A stretch of 64,000 bases of DNA from Carcharhinus amblyrhynchos (taxonomy: Eukaryota), in contig OZ336879.1 of NCBI GenBank assembly GCA_965287045.1, forward strand, positions 14,694,001 through 14,758,000. The letters run 5' to 3'. Made by a program: the position numbers and the translations under genes. A model generated the notes under the pieces. The model was not told the origin of the DNA, did no database searches, and worked only from the letters and a program-made list of their open reading frames with translations. Shown here piece after piece: positions 25,091 to 37,800 of this stretch. Position 1 is the stretch's first letter. The number at the start of each line of letters is the position of its first letter.

Positions 25091-26171
25091 ATTTTCCTCA
25101 AAGGTTTTCTGTTATTAAATGTTTGATTTTTTGTTTGAAAGTGAGTGGAACGTGTTCAATCAACTCAAAAGATGCTTTCTCCTCAGGAGCGCCATTTTGT
25201 TTTGTTACCTTAACAATGGGGTAGATATGGAAGCACATGAAAAAATAGAACTAGAACTTGTTGCGAGCGATTCACCACTGAATTACTGACCCCTTTCTCC
25301 ATCTGAGAACAGCGATCTTCTAACCATCTTTAAGTGCAGCACTAATAAATCCTTGCAATGACAATACTGTGCTTTTTTGTTGATAACAATGACGTTGATA
25401 AATGTTGTCTGAAGTATGAAGATCCCAGTGCATGTATAATAACCAGGAAAGAGCAGATTCTTGCTCGATAAAAGTGTGGTATTTTCAGCTGTCTGCTGTT
25501 ATCTAACTTTGATCAGTAAAAGGCAAAAGCAAGTCTTTTTTCGTCACATACGAATGCCATAATTTAGAAAAAAATGCCAGATACTTTGAAAGGTCCCTGT
25601 TTTGAAATGTTATTTTGTACTGTGTGTCTGGGCATAATTTGGCTTGAATTCCAATTTAGTTATAGTTCAATATAGATTTGATTTACATCAAAATTAGAAA
25701 TATGCAACTAGAAATTAGAAATATCTCCTATTTAACTCCTGTGGAATTATTACCATTTTGGTTCCCATGAAACTTGTGCAGGGAAAAAAGCAGATTGCAT
25801 TAAAGTGGCATGTTCCTCAATGTGACTCATATAAGATGGGATTTTCAAGCCCTTCCCACTGGCAGTATCTTCCAGTCCTGCTAAAGATTATTCCGTACCC
25901 GCCCCAGTTACAGATCCCTGATGACATGGCGGGCAAGCAATGCAACTGGTCATTGACTTTGGCAGGACTGTGAAATCCAGCCTGCACCCAATGGCGAGCT
26001 ACCTCCGTCACCAGAAAACCTGTTGCGGGAGAGGCCGGAAAATCCCAAGGCCATAGTCTCAGCAAGTGCTCCAGAGCAACACAATTGAGCAAAGTTTGTG
26101 ATCTGAAGCACATCGAAACTAAGTCCCAAGTTTTCATTTTATTCCTGCAACACAATAAATGCAAAATCCAT

Positions 26172-26307
26172 GGCCGGAATTCTCCAGCCATTCACACCCC
26201 ATCATCGATGCAAGCGAGAATGGAGAATTTGGCACTTAGCCAAATCTCCATTCACTGCAACAGGACCAGAGACTCCCACTGGTGGGAATAGTTGGAGAAT
26301 TCTGGGC
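26172..26307. mobile_element. Harbinger-type MITE with 3-bp TSD
   Basis: 15-bp TIR ggccggaattctcca / tggagaattctgggc (13/15); flanks cat/cat. Confidence 0.75.
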
Positions 26308-26702
26308 CATACGTAGTAAGTACTGTTAGTGAGGCTCATGACAACTTTGAATGGAAAAAAAGAGAAAGATTTATAACATCACAAAGACATCTTCAAGTAT
26401 TTTGTTTGAATTTCTCAGACTTTCTCCCAGTACAACACAAAAATCACTTACAATTTCAGATGTTTTGCTTCTTTGACCTTCTGCAATATCCCAATCATCA
26501 AGCAAAGCAGACTTCTGCAAACTCATAACACAGATGCAAAACTGAAAAGTCACAGATTAAGCGTGGATGGTTAAGCTCAGGTATATTCCATGCAAAAAAA
26601 AATCACCACTTGCAAATACCTGAACAAAACCACTGTTGCACAAGTAAACACGATGTAAAGGAGCTCGCTGCCATAATTCAATTAATTTAAGTATGAACTA
26701 AG

Positions 26703-27005
26703 CTTGGTGGTAATACTCTTGCTCCGGAATCATGAACCTTGTGGTTCAAGCTCCAGAATTTAGCACACAATTAGGGCTTGAACTCAGGAGCAGTACTGAG
26801 CCAATGCATTACTATCAATACTGTCCTCTTTGTAATGAGATGTTACTCAATACTACACTTATTCGGGTAAAGATCCCAAAAAGAACAGTCATTCCCCTCG
26901 TTTATGTTCCAATATTTTTTCCTCAGCTGAAAATAGATCAATTATCTTTTTGTCTCATTGCTTTCTTGTTGGGTCTTGCAACACAAAATGATTGCTTGTT
27001 CTGAT
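26703..27005 (+). mobile_element. Decayed DeuSINE (SacSINE1-like)
   Basis: Head ggtaatactcttgctccggaatca...gtggttcaag, gcagtactgag, gtaaagatccca, Deu-like cattgctttcttgttgggtcttgcaacacaaaatgattgc; matched to recalled consensus. Confidence 0.6.
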
Positions 27006-28925
27006 AACTTTTTCTCCAAGTCATTGTCTGGGCCGCACACTGGAACACATGTTTAAAAAAGTTGTGATCAGTTCGTTCAAATGATTAATTTTGATGTTGG
27101 CTGGAATTCTCTTAAAACAATTCATGTGAAAACTGGAGTAATTCACATTGGTTTTTAACAGTGGGAGTTCAGAGAATATGATTATAAAGCTGGGGGTGGG
27201 CCCTATTCCTGCACAGGAAGCCGGCAGCATAGTGCTGAGTGGGCCACTGTGCATGCACCAATCTGTCAATACTGAGATCAGTGGACACACTGTGGCCCCT
27301 CACTGCTGGCCAGCCCCGCGATCCCTGCATTGCTGGCCCTTCGACCCTTCCCACGGCTTGACTGCTGGCCCCCCCAACCATTCCCAGGCCAGTCCCAAAG
27401 GCCCCCCCCCCTCCAATCTCCAGCCCCCACTCTTACAAACAGTTACCCTCCTACAGCACCGCCCCTCCCTGCACAGTGATAATCAAACCACCCCCCCCCC
27501 ACCCCAGTAATCCTGACTCCATTAGCAGGCTGACCCTTCCATCTCCACCGATCATCCCACCAGGCCCTGCTTCCATCAGGTCCTGGCCCCACCAAGCCCT
27601 GCCCCCATAGGCATTGCCCCCTTGGCACCACTGATCCATGGCCAATGGGCACTGCCAAGGTGCCCCTTGGGCATGGGCATTTTGTCTCTTGGACGGTGTC
27701 AGATACAGTTTGGTACTCCCAGGGTGCCAATGCTCATGGAGCACCACCCCATTGACTGATCCTTTGGTGGGGCCCCAATTACCCTCCCTTCACTCCAGCG
27801 GGGTTGGGATGCTAGTTCCCGAAAGTGGGCATCTATTGTAATCCTTGCTGGAGTGAACAACTCTGGCAGAGGAGAGATGTTGGCGGGCCTGGAGAACTCA
27901 GCCTATTACTATATATATGGGGGTGAAGGGGGCTAGCTGCCTACCTCACTCCAAGGCCTGTGATGCATGAGATGGGCATCCTCTGGAGGCCCCGGATCTT
28001 AAGGGCCCTGTCCTGCTTCCAGGTGTCTGGGATGTTTCCATGACACCCTCTTCATCCCACTGCCCCTGAGATGCTCCAGTATCAGTAAGGGGAGAGTTAG
28101 AAGGCGTAGCCACAGCCTCCTGGCTGGAAGGGCCTGACATGGTCTGGAGCCCTTCCTCCTCCCTCGGGTTCCTTTGGGCCCCTGGGTCAATCCTTGGGAT
28201 GGTGGTGCTTCTGCAGCGAGCTCCAGAAACTCCAGCATCACCTGGCCCTGCCAGTCCTGGAGGCCACCTGCATTTTACCCATGGTGGTCGAGCCCTCTCT
28301 GATAGCCATTTGAGTTGGGGACTACTCTCAATGTCTGCAAGTGCCCTCTGAAACTGGGCTATGCTCTGCAGCCATGATCCTCTGCAACTGGGCTACGTCC
28401 TCAAGATCTATTTTCATAGGCTGCTATGTCTCAGTGCTATCCTACTTGGTCTCCTGCAAGTTCTCGAGCCTCTCAGCCATGGGCTACAGAACCTTGAGAA
28501 GCCTGCTCAGTCCCTCAGCTGTGGCCCGCTGTGACTCGGCCATTGTTTGGAGCCTGCCACTCATGGTGAGATCCCCTGTCCCAGGCTTTCCACTGGAGAC
28601 ACCACTCTTGCAATGTTGGCCTGGGAAGCACGCAAGACAGGCAATAGCTGGTCCTCTTGAAAGCTTTGGGACTCCTCCAAACAGTCTCACAGTCGGTCCA
28701 GTGTGGCCGTCAGCCCCTCCTGCATTCTCTGGCTCTGTTGCTGCATCTCCAGCAGCTGAGGGAGAAGTGATCTCAGAGGCCCAGTATGTAGCCTGGGGTC
28801 AGCTGAGTCCTCACCGCCGACAGGCCCCCTCATGCTAGGGGCCTCAGACGTTCCCTCCTCCACCAAATATACATCAGCAGATGGGTCGTGCTCACCAGAG
28901 AGTGACCTAGAAGCCTCAACACTAA

Positions 28926-29651
28926 CTGGGGTCCTTGTGAATGAGTCGCAAAAACCCAGCCTGCAGGTGCAGCAGGTGGTCAGGAAGGCAAATGGAATGC
29001 TGGCCTTCATAGCGAGGGGGATTGAATATAAAAGTAGGGAGGTCTTGCTGCAGCTGTATAGGGCACTGGTGAGGCCGCAGCTGGAGTACTGTGTGCGGTT
29101 TTGGTCGCCGCACTTACGCAAGGATATTTCGGCCTTGGAGGGAGTGCAGAGGAGGTTTACTAGGCTGATACCGGAGTTGAGGGAGTTGAACTATGAGGAG
29201 AGGCTGAATAAACTAGGCTTGTACTCGTTAGAGTTTAGAAGAATGAGGGGAGATCTCATTGAGACGTATAAGATGATGAATGGGATGGATAGGATAGAGG
29301 TGGAGAGGCTCTTCCCGCTCAGAAAGGACAATAGGACTAGAGGGCACAGCCTCAAGATAAGTGGGGGGGAAGGTTTAGAACGGAGTTGAGGACGAACTTC
29401 TTCACTCAAAGGGTGGTGAATCTCTGGAATTCTCTGCCCGTTGAAGTGGTGGAGGCTGCCTCGCTAAATATTTTTAAGACACGGGTTGATAGGTTTTTGA
29501 TAGGCAAGGGGATTAAGGGTTATGGGGAGAGGGTGGGAATGTGGAACTGAGACACGACAGATCAGCCATGATCTTATTGAATGGCGGGGCAGGCTCGAGG
29601 GGCTAGATGGCCTACTCCTGCTCCTATTTCTGATGTTCTTATGTTCTTATG
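28926..29651 (+). mobile_element. Young 5'-truncated CR1 LINE inserted in Harbinger exon 3
   Basis: QVQQVVRKANGMLAFIARGIEYKSREVLLQLYRALVRPQLEYC...; same family as 870-1471; frameshift at G-run ~29362. Confidence 0.95.
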
Positions 29652-29929
29652 GACCCACTATCGTGTCAGTGTCTGGGATAGTGAGTTGCGAGGTGGAACC
29701 TGACACCAAAACAGTGCCACCCTCGGAGGTCCCTTCATCCATATCCTCCCAGGATTCATCCGAGCTGTCTGGACCGAGGGCATGGGAGCTGTAGCCAGGT
29801 CTTGTAGCGCAAAAGGCCCTGGGGCATCTGGATCTGTGCAACACCGGACACAAGGGAGGGACATGAATCTGGGATGCCAAATACATGAATCACATGTCTC
29901 CATTGATCATAGAATAAAGAACCCAGATA

Positions 29930-30210
29930 ATTACATCACAGGAACAGGCCCTATGGCCCTCCGAGCCTGAAACAACTAAGCTGCCCATCTGATTTGTAAG
30001 CCCCCACCCGTCCTGGGACCAAATGCGTCTATTCCCATCCTATTCATATAGCTGTAGGGATGCCCTTTAAAGGTCACTATTGTATCTACATCCATGACCT
30101 CCCCCAGCAGCGAGTTCCAGGCATCCACTATCCTCCCTGTGCAAATAAACATGCCTTGTACATCTCCTTTAAAACTTGCCCCTTGTACCCAAAACTCATG
30201 CCCCCAAAGA
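29930..30210 (-). mobile_element. CR1 3' fragment in Harbinger intron 2
   Basis: ORF 29976-30221 FKGDVQG...RIVDAWNSL. Confidence 0.75.
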
Positions 30211-31814
30211 AGTTGCCTCAAAGTGATTGAAAGAATAACAGGTGCTCACATCTTGATGGCAGTCTGATCACGCTGTCACTGACAGCTCGCATCTCCCCTT
30301 TCTCTGCAGAGCTCCAGTGCCTGCTCCTCAAAGGGGGTGAGGACCTTGATGTCTGGCTCACCACCCCCTGTCTCTGCCCTCCCACAGGTGTCATGGTCAG
30401 CCTTCTCCTGTGGAGACAGAAGGAGCCATGAAAGAAATAGTGACATGGCTTCTGCAGAGTATCAGGTGGTGGCCCTTGGTGGGCAAACACCATAGAGGTC
30501 ATTGGAGGGGAAGAGGAAGGAGGTGCTTGGGAGTCAGGAGCTGGAAACATGCAGGGTGCTGGGGAATGGGAGGATCTGGGGGAGATATGAGGGAAGATGC
30601 AAAATAGGGTTCTCATCCTTGCTGCACAGATGAGGTCATTGACTTTTTCCTGGCACTACTCTCCAGTTTGGGGGGGGGGGGGGGGGCAGTGCCCTGGAAC
30701 TGACTGAGGCAACAACTTCCTCCCAGACCACATCTCCAATGGCCTCCTTTGTCTACGTCCTCTTGGTGGGAAGGTGTCCCATCTCACCTCTGCTACATCC
30801 AGTACTCCCCAAATCACCCTCAGAAAATCAGAGAGATTTGCCATGTGCACATTTTGTGAGTGACCTCCTACCTGTCCATTCTTGTGTTTTTAATAGAGCT
30901 GCTCCTCATTAGGGCAGATCAGCTGCAGGTTATTTGGCAGAACATTCCAGCAAGTTCCATGCAGTTTGCTTGTTAGCATTGAGGGGAAGGCAAGTGAGCA
31001 CTTGCAGGTGTGCTGATGGTGGATGAATGCCTCAATGACTGGGGACAGGAGGAAGGACAGCCATCACAGTCCAGAGGAGATGAAGGCCTTGAGTGGGAGG
31101 GTTCAGGTTAAGGATGAGGGGGAATCATCCTTTCTGATATCTGTTGGGTGGAGGGGTGAGGTTGGATCTCTCTCTCTCTCTCCCTCTCTATCTATCTATC
31201 TATCAATCTGAGATGAGTGAGGGGGTAGGGGGGCGTCTGCTGCCATTCTGTCTGAGATGAGTGAGGGGGAGGGGATGGTCAGCTGCCTCTCTGCCTGAAA
31301 TCATGGGGGGGGGAGAGAGAAGGGGGCTGCAATCAGTCTGGATGACAGATGGGTTGGGGATAAGGGGCTCAGTAATGTTGTGGAGATGGGGCAATGTCTG
31401 TGGGGTCAGAGGGAGGCATTATTCAGCCTGGGCACAGTGTGGTAGGGGAGCAGCATTCTATCATTTTTTTTCTGCGCATGTGCAGTTAGAGATGATGATA
31501 AGAGCTAAAGGGTTTCAAGCTCAATGAGCCCTGCCAACAGGCTTGTGCTATGTGATTCCCAATCACTGATTTATTCAGGCAGGATGGGTATGGGGGGTTG
31601 CTGGAAAATTGGGCTAAAAGGCGGATCTGAAACACTCCCAGATTCAAGTCCACCTAGCGCTTAGAATGAAAATGGTAAAATAGGGCTCTTAGTGTCTGTG
31701 TAGATTAGGACATTTAGCAGGGTAATCCCTGGGGATTACATGGCTACGGGGATAGGGCCTAGGTAAAAGTTCTGTTAGAGAGTTGGTGCAGACCTTTTGA
31801 GCTTCATCAGCTTT

Positions 31815-32320
31815 CTGATGCTCTCCTGGTCAGGGTCCCATTTTTCACCCTCTGCAAACTTGAGATCATCCAAAGCTTTACTGCCCTAACTTTCACCAAA
31901 TTCTGTTCACCCACAACCTCTTGTTCTCACTGACCTATGTTGGCTCCTGAAGCAACAAAGCCTCAATTTTAAAAATCTCATCCTTATTTTAAATCTTTTC
32001 ATGGTGTTACCCCCACCCCACCCCACCCCACCCCACCCCTAGAACTCTCTGTGACCATCTAGTGCTAGCCTTTCGAGCAGTCAGGTTCTGCATTGCTCCA
32101 CTATTGATGACTGTACCTTTAGCAGTCTAAGGGCCTTGGCCCAGAGTTCACTTCCTAAACCTTTCCACCTCTCTCTTCTATTATAAGGCATTCCATGAAA
32201 TCTACCCCTTCACCTACCTTTAATAACTCTTAAGTGTCTCAGCGTCAAATTTTGTTTGATAACTCTCCTTGGAATGCCTTACTATTTCAAAGGTACTGTC
32301 TAAACTCAAGTTATTCCTAA
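31815..32320 (+). mobile_element. L2 LINE 3' fragment
   Basis: Decayed KLEIIQ...P.T..L.DL.WL..KQ.L.FK..IL motif and L2-type tail. Confidence 0.7.
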
Positions 32321-33050
32321 ACTAATTGAAACAAACTTCAACAATGTGATTTTGGCTCCATTATAGACAGCAGCTTCCCTTAGGCTTCCTTTGAATTAAC
32401 TTATTATTCAGTGTCAAATTAGAGGGAATCTTATGTTCTGGTCCATTGATCTCTTGAAACTGTTCTCAGATTGTGGCAAATTATATCACGTAGAGATCCA
32501 CTTGCAGAGACTGTCATCCACACCAGCTGCAACCAATTTTCCTGGATTTCAACAAATTGCGGCTGCACAACTAATTTTTGGCTGGATGCCCATGAAACAC
32601 CAGAATAGGCAGCCAGGAGTTTTACATGTGCAGGGATACTCTGAAGATTTCCCACAGCAGTATGCATATGTCTGGGGCTAATTAGAGAGAGAGAGACAAG
32701 GGGCCTCTACAAGACTTCTCTCTCCACTGTCAACTTCAGAACCTTTAACAATCCTCCCTAAGGTCTGAAATGGTAATGAGAACCAGCTACTCAGAAGGCT
32801 TTCATGTAGCAGAAGGGACAGACACAAGCAGCAGTGATCCGAAGGGGTGTGGAAGGAGGACAAATCCCAGATGGGGAGGCAAGTGCCTCCAACACTAAGA
32901 TTTGGTTCGAATCATAGAATGATTATAGCACAAAAGAGGCCATTCACCCTGATGCATCCATATTCGCCCCCTATGAGAGCAAATACCCTATTGCCATCCC
33001 CACCTTATACAGGTAGCCTCGCATCTTTTTCTTTTCAGATAATTCCTTTT

Positions 33051-33233
33051 CAGTCCAAAGATGTGCAGGTCAGGTTGATTGGTCATGCTAAATTGGCCCA
33101 CAGTGTCAAGGGATTAGCAGGGTAAATATGTGAGTTTACAGTAATAGGGCCTGGAGGGGGGGGGGTGCTTTGTGGTCACTGCAGACTCAGTGGGCTGAAT
33201 GGCCTCTTTCTGCACTGTAGTAATTCTATAATT
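33051..33233 (+). mobile_element. HE1-type SINE 3' half
   Basis: cagtccaaagatgtgcaggtcaggttgattgg...ggcctctttctgcactgtag. Confidence 0.8.
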
Positions 33234-33704
33234 CAACGTTGACAATGTTTGTTTTACTAGTTACCTATCCTGTGCCCTCTGCTTCTGGATCCTTACACCA
33301 ATGGGAACAGTTTCTTTCTGGTTCTCTCAATCGTGGAGAATTAAGCAAGATTATGACGGGGTTGGCAAAGAAAAGCTGTTCTCATTAGCTGATGGTATGA
33401 GGATCAAAAAACAGAGATTTAAGTCTTTGGCAAGAGATACTGAGAAGAACTTTAGACACCGACAATCACATTTTGATTTGACGTGTCTTAAGTTTCCTTT
33501 GTACTTTTTGTTTCTGTTCGGGCCATTCCCCCTCCTTTTGGGGAGCTGCCCCCTTTTTCTTTGTCCGAATGTAATTTAAGTTTGTTTGCTTGGTTCGACC
33601 TGAAAGACCGACCTGGAAACTACTGCTGATGGGGGCAGTGGAAGTAGAGGTGATAGGAAATTTCAGAAAGAAATTGGATGGGCACTTGAGGATAATAAAT
33701 TTAC

Positions 33705-33832
33705 AGGCCACGATTTTACCGATCTGGCCACCATGGGAATCAGAGCAGGCGAGGGGTGGAAAATGGAAAGGTCCGTTGACCTTGGGGGGGATTTTGTAAT
33801 TTCGGGATGAGCAAGGCCATAAAATCCTGCTT
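33705..33832. mobile_element. Harbinger-type MITE inside CR1 3' fragment
   Basis: TIR-like ggccacgattttac / ataaaatcctgc; body similar to 7721-7845; CR1 tail resumes after it. Confidence 0.6.
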
Positions 33833-34602
33833 GCAAAATTAAAGATGTAGAATGGAGGAATGGTTTCACTGGATTGGTCCAAAGAGGGCTAGTATCAACT
33901 TGATGAGCCAAATGGCCTCCTTCTGTGCCATTATAGCATGACATTATAGCAATTTAATGTAGATAATGAGGGCCTGACTTGCTGGCTGGAGAACAGGCTG
34001 AAATCCCACTTTGCCTGTTTTCAGGAAGGATCCCAGTTCCAAGAGCTGTCAACCAATCAGGATCCAGCAACTGTACATTGCTTGACAGCGCCACTAGTTA
34101 GGCAATGGCTGCTGCTGGTAAAGCACCTGCCCAAGACCCAGCATCGCTGAGGAGTCCACACCACAGGTGAATGATAGTGGGAGGGGGTTCGCAGGGTGGG
34201 GTTCATGGGGGATGGGGGGAGGGTGGTTAGCAAACATTGGTCCCCCACTCCTTGATGCCAGGACCCTTGATCAGGCACTGTGTAACTGACAAAGATGGAT
34301 GCTACAGTAGAGTTTGTCTTTTGGCCTTCCTGTTGGTGAGCCCCTGCCTGCTGTTGGTTAAATACCAGTGGTGGTGGGCATTAGTTGTTTAGGGCTTCAA
34401 TTGGTGACAGGCCGAGAAGGTCATCGATGAGCCTTCCTATCTCTGTCTTAATGAGAAACAGTGCTTGGAAAGTGGTGCTCCCCTCCCCCTATCATTAATG
34501 AACTCATCTTGAGGGAAAGCATTAAATTCTAAGCTATGATTCCAAATCCCCCCATTAGTCTTTGAAATTTCAACTATGTGTGCATTTTGTGTTCGTTACA
34601 CA

Positions 34603-34883
34603 TGTCACAAGTAGGCGTACATTAACACTGCAATGAAGTTATTGTGAAAATCCCCGAGTCGTCACTCTCCGGCACCTGTTCAGATACACTGAGGGAGAAT
34701 TTAGCACAGCCAGTGCACCTAACCAGCATGTCTCAGACTGTGGGAGGAAACCAGAGCACGCAAGTGAAACCCACGCAGACATGGGGAGAATGTGCAGACT
34801 CCACACAGACAGTGACCAAGCTAGGAATCGAACCTGGCTCCCTGGCACTGAGGCAGCAGTGCTAGCCACTGTGCCACCGTGCC
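34603..34883 (-). mobile_element. V-SINE, tail type B
   Basis: Full head, V core and type B tail. Confidence 0.9.
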
Positions 34884-37800
34884 ACACAGAATTGCAGCAC
34901 TGTGAAGAATTGTAGAACTGTCCTTCATAGGATTGTGTCCAAAATCAGCCATATTTTTCTGCAAAAAACATCAATAAAACTTATATTCTAAAATTCACTC
35001 TTGACTGTTGATTCATCAGAAAGAAAAGTGTGTTACTTTTTTGGGCTTGTGTGTTACTTTTGTGGTCACTTTAAGAGTCCAGTCTCATGTATAATTCATA
35101 ATGCCATTGGCTGCTTTGCGGCCTTTGCCTGAGTCTCGATCAAGCCTTTGTAGAGTTAACAATTATTCAATAAACCTACATTAGTGTTCACATCCAACCC
35201 CAATTCTGTTGTTCTGAGAGTGCAGCACATAACAAAGAGCACAATATCTTTGATTTTAGTTCTGTCCTCTTCCATGTGGGAAAGACCTAGGCATAGAGCT
35301 TATCAAGTCATTTATTGAACAATTAAGGTTTAGTTCATTTTATTGACCAAAACCAAATGCAAAATGTCCAGCCAAAATTAATTACATGACAGGCGCTTAA
35401 CCTTTGTTGCCAGCAGGGATGCTTTATGATTGATTATTGATTGTGTTTCTTGGCTATCTGGCTGGTAGTCAATCCTATTAATTTGTTCTTGTTTGTTTGT
35501 GCAATACCGGAGGAACTCCCTGTTCACTCAGTTTGCAATGAAAGTCTTCTCGTCCATACACTGCAATTAAAACAATTGCACAATTTAGCTTTGCAGCTGA
35601 GTCCCAGCATAATCAATTAATGCAATGCCTGAAAGTCAAGCTCACTTTGACCAACTTCACTGGTGTAGTGAAGGTGTCGACTGATTGTTGCCGCAATGGG
35701 CAGCATCACTGGGAAAATCTTTTTGGGACTGCCCAAAAATTGTCAGTCCTGCCCTTGCACGTGGCAGTTCTGATTTCTGAGGGAACAGGAATGGGAATGG
35801 GGCACATTTCACACTCACATGTGTTTTACAGAGGCAGTTGGCTATTTAAATCAGCTACCCAAAGTGGGATTTTGGTAGCCTTGGAGTTTGAACCTGCAGT
35901 GTTCACATGAACTTGGTAAGCGAGGATCTGAACATTATGGATTAATTTGGATAGGCAAGGCACACTCCTGCCCTCCCTTCTGCCCATTTCCTTGGATTTG
36001 AACTCTTTTGAATTAGACTCTTTTATAATAGGGCCATGAATCCCAGTGCTTGCTGTTTATAAAGGGTCGTACACCTTTGGGAGGATAAGGTGCCATTTTT
36101 TGGAGGTCAGGTGTCTTTCAGGGTAGGCTGTGTGCCAAGTGGGGGAGTTTAAATGCCAGTTGGAATTGGCAAAGTAGGTAGAAATGCACATTAAAAGGTT
36201 CAAAAATGAATTTCTTTTAAGGTCATTGGAACTGTTAGCAGAGCTGCCAAAATCAACTGTCAAAAATGTCAGAACCACGTTACAAGGCAGCCTAACAAAG
36301 GAATCTGTCAAAATTGTCAAAAGGGCCTATTAGAGGGAACTGTCAAGCTATCTAGGCATTTAAAAGTTCTGCCTTTTAAACATTTGAAAACAAAACGCCT
36401 GGAGTTGTACAAAAAATATTTGCTTGCTATTTCTCTCTGTTGCTAAAAGCCTGAGAGCCTTCATTATTGGATTAGTGGTGCATGATTGGTTTCACAACCA
36501 TCCATTATCTCAGTAAAGTGCTTGCCATTGCACCTATTGATAACTACAAGTGGTTAGACTCCTTTATAATGGGGCCATGAATTCCAGTGCTTGCTGTTAT
36601 AAAGGGTTGTACACTTGAATGGAACGTATGTTGACATACAGTCTTATCTAACTAAAGGAATGCAAATGTATTAAATGGATTTTATGAATGAGAGCAGTTT
36701 TTAATATAGTGAAGTCACAATTGACAATTGGGACGTTATTTTGTTCCATATCTTCATGGTTTTGCTGTTAACCCATGCAGATATTAAATTGACATGGGAG
36801 GTATAAGGGCAAACAATAATGGGTTGGGGCGTGAGTTGGTCCAGAGACTATAAATACCTGTAGGGTTTGATGGGTGTCGTAATTTGGTATGGGAAGCATA
36901 AGAGATCATTGTAGTTGTTTAAAGAGCGTACAATATCATGCGGTCATGAAGGGCCTTAGAGATTGTTTTGGGGCATAGACTTGTATGAAGGCATTAAGAG
37001 ACAATGGGATAGCCTGGCATGGTGGGGGCAAAGGGGATGGTTGGTTGGAATGAGGTAGCATAGCTTGGCTTGGAAGAGGCATGAGGAGTGTGTGAGTTGG
37101 GTGGGAGGGTAATACCTGGAGATATGTTTCCAGTTTTGGGCACAGTTCTGGAACTGCGGGGTAGACATTCTGCCTAGCTTGTTTCTGCAGCTGGCATCCT
37201 CTTCAGTTTCTCTGGAATTGTCTGGTCCACCTTCTTCTAATCAAGCATATACCTTCCCCGACCCCCGACACCACCAGACATCCCATTCCCCCCTTGCCCC
37301 ATCCTTGCCAGCCTGGAGAGGTATTTTTAAAGTTTGGGTTAATGGAGCAGGGAATTCACTGTCTCTGTGCACCCAGTCTGTAAGCAAAAACACCCTCTGG
37401 ACCTGTATATTACACTTTGCATATGGAAAGGCTACCTGCACATTAACAATATCTGAGGTCTAGCGACCAAATATTCAGGGGAGAGGCTGGTTTGGGCAGC
37501 GCTGACTGACCAGCATGGTTTTAATGTTCGGTATTCACCGAAAGTCACTCAGTAAAGACATACTATTGATTAAATGTATTTAATACCTAATATACTGTAA
37601 TGTTTCTGAAGAAAATGAATTAGAATCTACTTTTAGTTTGAAAAATAAGTCAGTATAAACACTACTCTGAAGATTCTCAACTCTTACATCTGGGAAAAAA
37701 AAACTTTTGGAAGCATATGATCCATAATCAATCCATAGTTGTGTCTATCTCAATATCGACTCATTTATAATACTAAGTAAGGATCAGAGTTCGGAAAAGT

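Larger units (their letters stand above)
27950..30844 (-). pseudogene. Spliced Harbinger Myb/SANT-like (trihelix) DNA-binding protein pseudogene
   Basis: Exon1 30844-30617 (VLDVAEVRWDTFP...CQEKVNDLICAAR); exon2 30407-30250 (cag|EKADHDTCGRAETGGGEPDIKVLTPFEEQALEL...|gtgag); exon3 from 29833 (acidic tract, coiled coil LLEMQQQSQRMQEGLTATLDRL); stops, frameshifts, CR1 insertion. Confidence 0.75.
27099..31688. mobile_element. Harbinger-type DNA transposon (~4.6 kb) lacking a transposase ORF
   Basis: Termini resemble those of the smaller elements (8002-8709, 17721-18743); carries Myb/SANT gene remnant. Confidence 0.65.

Noticed and set aside
28832-29389. 185-aa ORF as a novel fusion gene
   Set aside because: Chance in-frame read-through from antisense Harbinger sequence into a truncated CR1
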